Shown here: positions 17,397-25,786 of the stretch, piece by piece | Position numbering within the stretch: position 1 is the stretch's first letter | How the letters are laid out: each line of letters opens with the position of its first letter | IMG/VR virus record: IMGVR_UViG_3300012232_000018 | Location: 1 to 49,349 of that record | Length of the DNA: 49,349 nucleotides | Reading direction: 5' to 3' (one strand) | From: a virus | Lineage: Duplodnaviria; Caudoviricetes | The notes under the pieces: generated by a model | What the model saw: the letters and a program-made list of their open reading frames with translations, nothing else | What the model was told of the DNA's origin: nothing | Database searches by the model: none | Program-made: the position numbers and the translations under genes

Positions 17397-19483
17397 TACG
17401 TGCCTCCGCCGTCGTCGTAGTGTTCAACACCACGCTCAGCTTTCTTGAGGAATATGGTGGCGTAGTGCGTGGTGAAGCGCTTGTCGGCCCCGATACCATC
17501 CTCTTCCCACTGTGTCTCGATGTACGCCTGGAAGTCGCTGCCTACTTCGTCCAACACGAACCAGTCACGGAAGGATACGACCCCGAGTAGCTCGCTGTAC
17601 ACGCGCAAGCGCAGATCAGCGGCGGTGAGGATCATGTCGGCCCCGCCACTTGGCACGTAGGAGATGAACTTCAGGACGCGGCCAGTGGACGCGAGAGTCG
17701 GTAGGGAGATGACGACGTTGACATCGTTCGAGTCGAGTACCTCGTTCTCGAGGCTGTCGATGATGTTGACGTCGATGTCGGTACCACGGGAGATGGCGCG
17801 GGTGAGGACGAGCCCCACGAAGTACGCAGTCCCGGGGGTGTCGAGGTTGCTGTCGGAGAACTTCAGCGGATACCACGCACCCAGACGCAGGTCTAGGATG
17901 AGTAGCTTGTTCTTCTTCCAGTTATAGGCCGCCCCGTTGGGCTCGTCGCCGTTGTACGCCCAGTACACCAGCTTGGCGTCCGGATCGTAGAGGCCCTGAC
18001 AGAACCGCTTGGAGAGGGCGTTGATGTCGCTGTAGTAGGTAGCGATAGTCGCATCGGTGAGGGACTGTGCAACCATCGAACCCGTGACAGACGTATTGGG
18101 CAGACTGACCTGCATGATGGCGGCCTCGGCCCAGTAGAACACCAGATCGTTGACGAGTACCACAGCATCGGCCGCTACGGCGCCGATAGCTGTCACCTTG
18201 CTCACGCTATAGTCGGTAGCTTTGAACGCGCCACCGCTGCCGCCACTGATCTGCCAGACACCGTTGTCGCAGATCACGAGCAGGTTATTCTGGAGGCTAA
18301 CGAGGCGCAGGATCGTGCCGGCCTCGTGGATAACGATCAGGCCGCCGTCGCTATCGACGAGGCTGCTATCATCCTTGCTTGCCGGATCGGCAGCTTGGTA
18401 GCAGTTGGCGAACGTGCTCGGATCATCGCCAGTCTGGCTGAACAGAACCTGCTGACTCTGCTCTCGCCCAGTGATACCGCTATACCAGGCGCGGCCTGCA
18501 TGGAATGCAATGCACGTCGGGCGGGTGTAGGTGATCGTACTCGCGGGGAGCCCGGCAACGCCGGAGACCGTGCCCCGGTCGTTACCGAACGGGCTGATGA
18601 TGTAACGCCCGCGTGGCGCTCGAGTGACGGTCTTGTCGGCGAGCTTGCGAACACCCTGAAACGACCAATCGAAAGTCGCACCGCTGGACGAGTCGGCGCG
18701 CGTTACTAGAACGCTGTCGTCACCCCAAGGTTGCTGGGCGACGTTCGACGGATATACACCAGAGCCCGGCATGAACCCGGAGTCACTGCCGGTGTCAAAC
18801 GACTTACCATCGTGGTAGTAGCCGATGTACGTCGAGTCCCAACCTTGGTTCTGGAGGTTGTAGCGGTGAGCTGGTGACAGTGTGGCGGGCTCATGTTTGA
18901 GGCCCGCGCCTACGGTCATGTCGATGCTACCGTCGACATCTGGAAAAATACCGGTGAAGTCGCGGATCTTCAGATCCAGAGGTGTGACGGTGATCGACGT
19001 ATGGCTCTCGTCGAGCACGACCATCAGCGGTTGTGTAGCCGCGCTCACAATGAAAAAACGTCCCGTGCCTGAAGCGTATTGGCAGGGGACGTATTGGCAG
19101 GCGAGCGGCGTCCCCGGGATCTGGTATACCGTGAGATCGATAGTGAACGTGGCCGTGTCGCTAAGCGGGTCAGCGTTGGGCCGGAAGTAGAGAGTCGAGC
19201 CAGCCTGCACAACGGCGAAGTTCAACGTGCCATCGCCAGCGGCGGAGGCCCACTCACCAACGGAGGACGCCTCGAGTGAGCTGTCAGCCGGGATTCTAGT
19301 CGTGATGGTGTTGGCGTCTTCTTCCCGGTCCAAGCGGGTGCGTCGCGCAATCTCCCCGTTGAGATTGGGGATCATGTTCAGGCCGTCGGCCCACGTGTTC
19401 GGAGCGGGCGCGAGGTAGCCTGACTCGGTATTGAGCCCGCCCGTGAACTTGAACTGCCGCTTGTTGATAGTTCGTTGCGGCAT
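17396..19483 (-). CDS. Tail tubular protein B / nozzle (beta-propeller), main part
   Basis: N-terminal F.GGLNTE, AFHAGRAWYSG, FSQ...CYQ.ADP, DGG.I.I; position after tail tube A. Confidence 0.8.
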   Translation of the reverse strand: MPQRTINKRQFKFTGGLNTESGYLAPAPNTWADGLNMIPNLNGEIARRTRLDREEDANTITTRIPADSSLEASSVGEWASAAGDGTLNFAVVQAGSTLYFRPNADPLSDTATFTIDLTVYQIPGTPLACQYVPCQYASGTGRFFIVSAATQPLMVVLDESHTSITVTPLDLKIRDFTGIFPDVDGSIDMTVGAGLKHEPATLSPAHRYNLQNQGWDSTYIGYYHDGKSFDTGSDSGFMPGSGVYPSNVAQQPWGDDSVLVTRADSSSGATFDWSFQGVRKLADKTVTRAPRGRYIISPFGNDRGTVSGVAGLPASTITYTRPTCIAFHAGRAWYSGITGREQSQQVLFSQTGDDPSTFANCYQAADPASKDDSSLVDSDGGLIVIHEAGTILRLVSLQNNLLVICDNGVWQISGGSGGAFKATDYSVSKVTAIGAVAADAVVLVNDLVFYWAEAAIMQVSLPNTSVTGSMVAQSLTDATIATYYSDINALSKRFCQGLYDPDAKLVYWAYNGDEPNGAAYNWKKNKLLILDLRLGAWYPLKFSDSNLDTPGTAYFVGLVLTRAISRGTDIDVNIIDSLENEVLDSNDVNVVISLPTLASTGRVLKFISYVPSGGADMILTAADLRLRVYSELLGVVSFRDWFVLDEVGSDFQAYIETQWEEDGIGADKRFTTHYATIFLKKAERGVEHYDDGGGT

Positions 19484-19641
19484 TACCGCTTCCCAGGGTT
19501 GTGCTTAAAGAACTCGACTTGTTGGAGGCGCTTCTGTGCCTGGGCTTCAGACTTGTACGGGCCGCCTAGATTCTTACGCTTGCCGTCTGAGCCTTTGTGC
19601 TCGGAGAGAACATGCCAACCATCAGCTTGTTTGACTATCAT
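19483..19641 (-). CDS. Small basic phage protein (52 aa)
   Basis: MIVKQADGWHVLSEH...KNLGGPYKSEAQAQKRLQQVEFFKH; TAATG-coupled to the nozzle gene. Confidence 0.7.
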   Translation of the reverse strand: MIVKQADGWHVLSEHKGSDGKRKNLGGPYKSEAQAQKRLQQVEFFKHNPGKR

Positions 19642-19918
19642 CGGGGAAGAGGGCTGCTAGATCGGGACGCTTAGGTTGATTGGCGAGGTACTTGTCGATC
19701 TCGGTTTGTGCCCGTGCTGCTGATGTATGTTGGCCACGTAGCGCGTCTGGGAGAGTGCCGCCTCCAGAGAAGGCTATGTAGTAAAGGCCAGTAGGATGGC
19801 GCTCGACGGTGTATTTCCGATCGGGCACCTTGACGGGCATTTCAGACGGCAGTTGGGCGGGCTGTGGTGCGAGTTCTGCTTCGACTTGAGCAATGGTCTT
19901 GCTGGGTTCGCGGGGCAT
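19622..19918 (-). CDS. Hypothetical tail-module protein
   Basis: YYIAFSGGGTLPDALRGQHTS; TAATG coupling. Confidence 0.7.
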   Translation of the reverse strand: MPREPSKTIAQVEAELAPQPAQLPSEMPVKVPDRKYTVERHPTGLYYIAFSGGGTLPDALRGQHTSAARAQTEIDKYLANQPKRPDLAALFPDDSQTS

Positions 19919-20511
19919 TAGTAGGGTATGCAGGGGGTGGAAAGGATTTGCTGGCGGATGTGGAAGACTTCGTTATCATGGCCGTGCTTGCGGAGCCACA
20001 TCGCTTCACGCGTGTACGCTTCGTTCTCGCGACACATCAACTCCTTCATCACGTTATCGCCCTGTATGCTGTAGCCGATCGGGCCTTCATTCCAATATTG
20101 GAGGATGTGCCAGAACTCGTGATACACGATGCTCATGCCGAACGGGGATTCGTAGTCGACAGACTCGTCGAAGATCGTGTCGATGCCTTCGGGCCAGTCG
20201 CCGCACTGCCCCCACTCACCACAAGTAATTGCGATAGCACAGCCGCCTTTGTTCGGTGAACCGGTTATCGTGCAGATACCCTCGGATGTGGTAAAATCAT
20301 AGACCGGGGCGCGAGGTGGCGCGGTATGCCCTGGGTGTACTACTAGGTAGTCCTTGACAACTTCCGCATAGATCGCGGTGGTCGTTTCGACGGTGAGATG
20401 GTGCGTGCCAGGTATGTGTACGAACTCGCCGTCAGCGTGGGCCTCGAGTGCGAAGATCCATGCTACGGCTACGAGGGCAAGCGCACCTAGTACTAGCGTG
20501 CGAGCTTTCAA
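19918..20511 (-). CDS. Signal-peptide protein with HExxH zincin motif
   Basis: AGGAAG RBS plus TTG start; signal peptide ending AHA; VYHEFWHILQ...ENEAY. Confidence 0.7.
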   Translation of the reverse strand: MKARTLVLGALALVAVAWIFALEAHADGEFVHIPGTHHLTVETTTAIYAEVVKDYLVVHPGHTAPPRAPVYDFTTSEGICTITGSPNKGGCAIAITCGEWGQCGDWPEGIDTIFDESVDYESPFGMSIVYHEFWHILQYWNEGPIGYSIQGDNVMKELMCRENEAYTREAMWLRKHGHDNEVFHIRQQILSTPCIPY

Positions 20512-20534
20512 TTACTTCCTTTCGATGGGCCGCG

Positions 20535-21239
20535 CTACTTGCGGCCGAAGTTGACCTGCTGGTTGGTCGTACTTTCTGCTGCCTTGTTGCGCACGGCCTG
20601 AGACTGTGCCCTCGTGAGACCAGCCTTCGCCCTGCGTTCTTCTCGGGGATTGGGTGTTTGTTTCTGTGCTGCGAATGCTGCGGCCTTGCACTCCGCCAGG
20701 AAGGCGGGGAACATCTTGTCAGGCAGCACGGGAATGAAGTTATCTTCGTGCGTCCAGGCTGGTGTGCTGTTAGCGTACACCACGGACTTGCTCGTCTGAA
20801 GCGTGCTATCGAGGGTGCTGTCGTAGCTGTCGAACACGACGAAGTCATCGTCGTAGCTAGTCCAGAACGTCGGATCGCGGTCAGTCATGTAGCCATTTGC
20901 ATCTACGGGAGCGACACCTTCAGCACGCTTGTCGATCATCGTTTTGAACGCATACGGCTCTTTGTAGGTGATGTCCTTGTCATGGTACTTGACCCACCAA
21001 ATCTTATCCATGCCGACGGGCATACGCATTAGCGTAGGATTATCGATATCGCTCTGGCCCTGGAACGCGGAGAGCCCGTTCAGGAAGGGCCACTCTCGGA
21101 TTGCGATGATATAGAAGTAGGTGTCGCGGATGAGACTCGCAACTTCCATCGACTCCAGAGTCTCGCCGATCGTGTTGACCGGGTCGCTCTCGATGTCCGA
21201 CATTACGCGCTGGACGATCTCAAGGAGTGTCAGTTTCAT
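20535..21239 (-). CDS. Tail tubular protein A / head-tail adaptor
   Basis: MKLTLLEIVQRVMSDIESDPVNTI..T.ES..VA N-terminus typical of gp11-like adaptors; synteny. Confidence 0.8.
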   Translation of the reverse strand: MKLTLLEIVQRVMSDIESDPVNTIGETLESMEVASLIRDTYFYIIAIREWPFLNGLSAFQGQSDIDNPTLMRMPVGMDKIWWVKYHDKDITYKEPYAFKTMIDKRAEGVAPVDANGYMTDRDPTFWTSYDDDFVVFDSYDSTLDSTLQTSKSVVYANSTPAWTHEDNFIPVLPDKMFPAFLAECKAAAFAAQKQTPNPREERRAKAGLTRAQSQAVRNKAAESTTNQQVNFGRK

Positions 21240-21865
21240 TAGCCAGCACTCACTTTGAGTGTGTCGGTGTCAATCCAGAGTGCGCCTTCGACGGTGGGGT
21301 CGGCGGTCGGCAATCCCGTGACTATGAGATTCCGTCCCGAGGACAGGACGATAGTTACGTCACCAGACCCGTTGACCGCGACGCTGGCATCACCGTTGAC
21401 GATCTGGGTCGGTACGGCAGCCGCGATGGCGTCCACCTCGGTAGCCAGCTCAGCAAGTGCAGATTCAACATCATCGGTCGTGAAGTGATTGTCGACGTCA
21501 GTGAGTAGCAGTTCTGCCGGGGTTTGGCGTACATTAGTCCAGGTGCTGCCATCGAACTGCTGCACAGCGCCTTCATCGCTATTCCAGATCAGGAGGCGAT
21601 CTTCAACACCTAGCGGGATTAGATCCCGCTCTTCGGTGGTGTAGGCAGTCAACTGCCCCGCGACGGCAAGATCTATGTTTCCGGTGTTCAGTAGTGGGTT
21701 GCCGTTTAGGTCGAGCGCAGCGCTCATGTCATTCGGCGTGGTTCCATCACGTGAGACAGTGTTCTCCATTGCCGCCTCAATAAGCTCGAATGCAGCATTG
21801 AGTGCAGTAAGGAACGAGGTCTCGTTGCCGAGGCTGTTGAAGTCAGAGATGGTGAGCTTGGCCAT
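21239..21865 (-). CDS. Virion structural protein (fibre/adaptor-like)
   Basis: LNAAFELIEAAMENTVSRDG..PN.M...LDLNGN.LLN motif; position. Confidence 0.65.
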   Translation of the reverse strand: MAKLTISDFNSLGNETSFLTALNAAFELIEAAMENTVSRDGTTPNDMSAALDLNGNPLLNTGNIDLAVAGQLTAYTTEERDLIPLGVEDRLLIWNSDEGAVQQFDGSTWTNVRQTPAELLLTDVDNHFTTDDVESALAELATEVDAIAAAVPTQIVNGDASVAVNGSGDVTIVLSSGRNLIVTGLPTADPTVEGALWIDTDTLKVSAG

Positions 21866-22461
21866 TAGCGTGTGACCGTCAGTACGAGGTGAATGCGCGG
21901 GGCGCCACCAGCACCGCCGCCAGCCACTGCGAACTTCACGGCGTCGCCGATAGCAACGGTATTGAGGGCGGACGGGGAGCAGGAGTCCACGTCACCGGCA
22001 GCGGAGCCTGCGGTGGCAATGGTGATCTGGCCGTTGGTCACTGCGACACCGCCAATCGAGGCGGTGACCGTGATGTTGGCCGTCGACACAACGTCGTCGA
22101 TGACTGTGCGAATGGAACTGATGACGCCCGCGACGGGCATCACTATGTAGTAGTTGGCGTCCAGCGAACCGTCGGCAATGTCGAGGGTCAGGTGGATGTC
22201 GTTGAGTTCGGCTGCCGTCGCTGTGACGTTGGTGCTGCCGAGCATGAGTTTGCCATCGGCCACCTTTAGGGTGTCGCCGGCATCTAACTCGAGTATGTCA
22301 GGCGAGGAGTTGCTGAGCAATGTATCGCCGAAGGCACCGGGGTCTGCCCAGGCACCAGAACCAAGACCATCGGCCGTGTAGACCTGGCCAGCCGTAGCAG
22401 TTGATGTGCCTTTCGGCTCGTGCAGTTCGGGATCGGTAAGGTCGGAGTGTTGGATCGTCAT
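21865..22461 (-). CDS. Virion structural protein
   Basis: HSDLTDPELHEPKG..TA..GQVY.ADG.GSG.W motif; beta-rich C-terminus. Confidence 0.65.
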   Translation of the reverse strand: MTIQHSDLTDPELHEPKGTSTATAGQVYTADGLGSGAWADPGAFGDTLLSNSSPDILELDAGDTLKVADGKLMLGSTNVTATAAELNDIHLTLDIADGSLDANYYIVMPVAGVISSIRTVIDDVVSTANITVTASIGGVAVTNGQITIATAGSAAGDVDSCSPSALNTVAIGDAVKFAVAGGGAGGAPRIHLVLTVTR

Positions 22462-22467
22462 GGTGGT

Positions 22468-22516
22468 AAAAAGAAAGGGGCGGAAGCCAATGCCGGAAGC
22501 TAATTAGCCTCCGCCC
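22468..22516 (-). terminator. Rho-independent terminator
   Basis: Minus strand GGGCGGAGGCTAAT...ATTGGCTTCCGCCC followed by CTTTCTTTTT. Confidence 0.75.
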
Positions 22517-22542
22517 GAAGGTACTACAGGAGAGTTCTTGCT

Positions 22543-23097
22543 TTAGCCAGTAAAGGTAATGGCATCATTGACAGCGCTACGTCCGCTAGCATACCAAGCC
22601 ACGCCATCGCACCAAACTTCCACCCAGTCACCAGCTACTGCCTTACCATCAACAAAAGTGATGACATCAGCACCAGCCGTTGTTTCTGTATCACCACTAC
22701 CACCAGCATCTTCAGCGAACAAAGTATGTCCGATGATCTTGTCGGCGTCGGTCGGGGTGATCGTGTAGCTTGCGCCCGAGGGAGCAGCCGCCACGATGAA
22801 GCGGTAGTTCAAGCCAAGAGCCATAACAGGCAACGTGCTATCGAACTCAGTTGCAGAGTTCAAGAAGAACGTTTTGCCGGATTCCGCTGCTGTAATAACA
22901 TTTGTTGCAGTTACGATCTCGGTCTTCGCCGATTCGTCACAGTACTGGTTGATTTCTGCCGTAGTGGCAGTCAAGTCACTGAGGCCAGCAACGGCCGTCA
23001 GATCACTGGAATCAACTTCAGTACCATTGATCTTCAACGTATCGCAGTCGATCATCAGACCGCGAAGGTTGAGTGTTTCACTACGAGTGTGAGTCAT
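22543..23097 (-). CDS. Putative capsid decoration/structural protein
   Basis: AAGGAA RBS; ITAAESGKTFFLN..LP...GL.YRF beta-rich body; post-capsid position. Confidence 0.65.
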   Translation of the reverse strand: MTHTRSETLNLRGLMIDCDTLKINGTEVDSSDLTAVAGLSDLTATTAEINQYCDESAKTEIVTATNVITAAESGKTFFLNSATEFDSTLPVMALGLNYRFIVAAAPSGASYTITPTDADKIIGHTLFAEDAGGSGDTETTAGADVITFVDGKAVAGDWVEVWCDGVAWYASGRSAVNDAITFTG

Positions 23098-23110
23098 TGA
23101 GGTTTCCTTA

Positions 23111-23133
23111 GAAGAAGGGGGCCAGAGCCCCCT
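23111..23133 (-). terminator. Short rho-independent terminator after the capsid genes
   Basis: Minus strand AGGGGGC-TCTG-GCCCCCTTCTTC. Confidence 0.6.
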
Positions 23134-23140
23134 ACCTCAA

Positions 23141-23641
23141 TTACTGAGGTGCAGCGCCGCTAATAACCTGGCGCTGACCGTAGGCAACCAAACGGGCTGA
23201 GCCGGTCGTAAACGTTCCGGTGACAAGCACGTCAATGGTGTCGGCGGTGCTGTACAACTTGCCGATACCAGCGGTATCCGCAGCCTTCAGCGAGAACACG
23301 CCGTCAGCCTGGAATACCTGGTTGTCTGCGTCGTCGAGGGTAGCTTCGGCGAGCAGGGTGGTGGTAAACCAACCATTCGGATCGGTACCATCACCGATCT
23401 CAAGGGCGGTTCCGTTGTCCCAATGGTCCCCGATGAACAGAAGTACTCGTTCAACGTAGGTACCAGCAGGGATGTCCATTGTCACGGGCGTGCCACTCTT
23501 GTAGTTGAAGTCCAGAGTGATTTCCACGGCGCTGCCGTCAACATTGGCAACAGCGGTAGCATACCGCTCAGGGTAACGGGAACCAAAACCAACGACGAGG
23601 CCGTCAGCATTGGTCCAGCTTGCTTTGCGAGAGAGAGTCAT
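23141..23641 (-). CDS. Minor capsid/decoration protein
   Basis: Directly follows MCP; WTNADGLVVGFG start, IPAG, beta-rich. Confidence 0.7.
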   Translation of the reverse strand: MTLSRKASWTNADGLVVGFGSRYPERYATAVANVDGSAVEITLDFNYKSGTPVTMDIPAGTYVERVLLFIGDHWDNGTALEIGDGTDPNGWFTTTLLAEATLDDADNQVFQADGVFSLKAADTAGIGKLYSTADTIDVLVTGTFTTGSARLVAYGQRQVISGAAPQ

Positions 23642-23669
23642 TTCAGTTTCCTTGGATTCTCAGTGATGA

Positions 23670-24647
23670 TTAGCGAACCGGCGTGACCTTGGACAGCGCC
23701 ACAACCAGACACTCGGGCCGGTACAACTTCAGGCCGAAGCGTGCATTCATCAGGTACTCATCGCGCCGCAGGTCTTTATTACGACCGTATTCGACGCGAG
23801 GCATCTGCCTCCAAGCGCCCTTAAATGGGGTCTCGTCGCCACCGACGGAGATAAACAGGTTCTCAACTGCGCCTGACGGCGAAACGACTGAGCCCCGGTT
23901 GTCTGCGTTGATTGCTTCGGTTCCGCTAATGACGTTGAGGTAGTTGCTGACATACACGTCGAAGCCGTAAACGTGCTTGACGAAGTGCATGCCGGTCGTG
24001 CTGTTAACGAAGCCACCGTTCACGATCCCCTCGAACACGGGGTTGTTCGACACGTTGACGATGTTGGTCAGCGTGTTGAACTGGAACTCTTGCGACGGAT
24101 CGATAATGGCAACCCGGCGCTGCGTGGCGTTGGCTTTGTCCATCGCGTACTTCGCATAGGCGAAGTCTTCGAGGGCCAGCGTGGTGTTGGTATTGCCAGC
24201 TGCAACGAAGCGATGGCTCGCGCCGTTGATGGTGTTCGGGTCAGTCAGAGTCTGGCTATGGCCGAGCAACATGATGCTGGTTTCCAGGTTCTCTTCGATC
24301 GCCCGGCGCATCTTGGGCTCGAACTGGGCAATCAACTGGGCGCTGTAGTATGCGTCCTGCTTCGCTTTGTCCGTGATGAAGAGACCGGATTCGACGTAGC
24401 GGTCGATGCTGAACTGGAACTCACCGGTATCCAGCGCGTCGTAAACGGCGGGCTGGTTTTCGGAGACTTCCCGCATCGTGGCTTCGCCGATCGACGGGAT
24501 GGTGAAGGTGGTTCCATCAGGGAAGTTCGTCATCCAATTGACGAATACTTGGCCCATCAGGATGTCCTTCAGAGTTTCTTTAAGCGACTCAGACCAAATC
24601 TCTGAACGAGTCAGTTGGTCAACAGCCGCGAAGTCCATGCTAGACAT
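23670..24647 (-). CDS. Major capsid protein
   Basis: 325 aa after the scaffold; RSEIWS, FPDGTTFTIPSIG, GFDVYVSNYL, ARFGLKLYRPE. Confidence 0.9.
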   Translation of the reverse strand: MSSMDFAAVDQLTRSEIWSESLKETLKDILMGQVFVNWMTNFPDGTTFTIPSIGEATMREVSENQPAVYDALDTGEFQFSIDRYVESGLFITDKAKQDAYYSAQLIAQFEPKMRRAIEENLETSIMLLGHSQTLTDPNTINGASHRFVAAGNTNTTLALEDFAYAKYAMDKANATQRRVAIIDPSQEFQFNTLTNIVNVSNNPVFEGIVNGGFVNSTTGMHFVKHVYGFDVYVSNYLNVISGTEAINADNRGSVVSPSGAVENLFISVGGDETPFKGAWRQMPRVEYGRNKDLRRDEYLMNARFGLKLYRPECLVVALSKVTPVR

Positions 24648-24684
24648 GGGGTGTTTACTCCGTGGAATTGGTTAATGTGTGGGA

Positions 24685-25440
24685 CTACGCCTTCCCGAGG
24701 AACTTCGCGGGGTTGGCGCGGGCCACCTTGTCACGCTCAATCTGCATGGCCTGGCTGTAGTACTTAGTCGGCTCTTTGCGGCGCATATTGTCCCAGTACT
24801 CTTTCGCTCCTGGATCATTTGCGCGATCGGTCGTGTTGGGCGTCCCGCCATTGACGGTGCCCTGTTGCATCGGTGGCATGGCCTTATCGGCCGGTTTGAG
24901 AAGTGCAACTAGCCGCTCGGGTGACACTTCACCGAGTTGCTTGAGTACTGCTCGTTCTGCCGGTGTCGGCGCGAACTTCGCGAGTACCTCGCCAGCCTTG
25001 TCACCGTAGAACGTGCGAAGGGCCGCCTCGGCTTGCGCCAGGTTGGTCTGCTTCGTTCGTGCGGTCTCAAGACCTGTAACCGTTTCTGCGACGAGCCTCT
25101 GCACTGCGCTAGCATCCAAGGCCGAGGGCGTCCCCGGTTGGTTCGAGCCCTGGTCGGTGGGCTTGCTTTGCGTGGCAGTCAACTTCGCTATGGCCTCGTC
25201 CAGCGTGGCCTGTGTCTTCGCCGCATCACGCAACGCGCGGTTCTCAGTTTCGAGACGCGAGATGTGTTCGTCGGCGTTGAGGTGGCCCTTTGCTAGTGCG
25301 TCGAGGTCTTTGTACTTCCGTCCTTCACCTACCAGGATGCCAACACTGGCCGGGAGGTCGCCCGTCGGTTGGTTGCTAGGTGTCGGTTGTGCGGCTGGTT
25401 CGTTGTTACTTCCTGCGGAAAACAGAGATGAGTCGGTCAT
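24685..25440 (-). CDS. Capsid scaffolding protein
   Basis: LVGEGRKYK..DAL.K...A..HI..LE.EN coiled coil between portal and MCP; start MTDSSLF after an AGAGAG RBS. Confidence 0.8.
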   Translation of the reverse strand: MTDSSLFSAGSNNEPAAQPTPSNQPTGDLPASVGILVGEGRKYKDLDALAKGHLNADEHISRLETENRALRDAAKTQATLDEAIAKLTATQSKPTDQGSNQPGTPSALDASAVQRLVAETVTGLETARTKQTNLAQAEAALRTFYGDKAGEVLAKFAPTPAERAVLKQLGEVSPERLVALLKPADKAMPPMQQGTVNGGTPNTTDRANDPGAKEYWDNMRRKEPTKYYSQAMQIERDKVARANPAKFLGKA

Positions 25441-25786
25441 ACACTCTCTTGAGAATGGAACGCGGAGGGTCGGATTCCTCCAGCATCTCCGCGTGGGATG
25501 CAGGAAGTAGGAATGCAGGTAGATCAACGCGAGCCCCAGGCGGAAGCATGGAGAGCACGTCGAGGTAGGCCGCGCGTTGTCCGGCGCGGTAGATCAGAAC
25601 GTCATGGGCGTGTGTGCCCTTGAAGTCGGCTTCCTTGAGCACGCCGTCACCGGCAAGCTCGAGGCACGCCTTGGCCAGCGGCTCAAGAACCCAGCCGGCG
25701 CCGTTGTAGGATTTCTCCCACTCACCGGGGTCGGACTTAGGCCGGTGCTTGCTCAGGAGTGTTCGTATCAGCGGACTGGAAGTCAC
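25406..25786 (-). CDS. Hypothetical protein between portal and scaffold (start uncertain)
   Basis: Fills the gap; Y..G...AY..V..ML C-terminus. Confidence 0.55.
   Translation of the reverse strand: MTSSPLIRTLLSKHRPKSDPGEWEKSYNGAGWVLEPLAKACLELAGDGVLKEADFKGTHAHDVLIYRAGQRAAYLDVLSMLPPGARVDLPAFLLPASHAEMLEESDPPRSILKRVYDRLISVFRRK

Noticed and set aside
24691-24703. CTTCCCGAGGAAC as an eleventh palindrome copy
   Set aside because: It has a 3-nt centre and a mismatched first base, so it was not counted.
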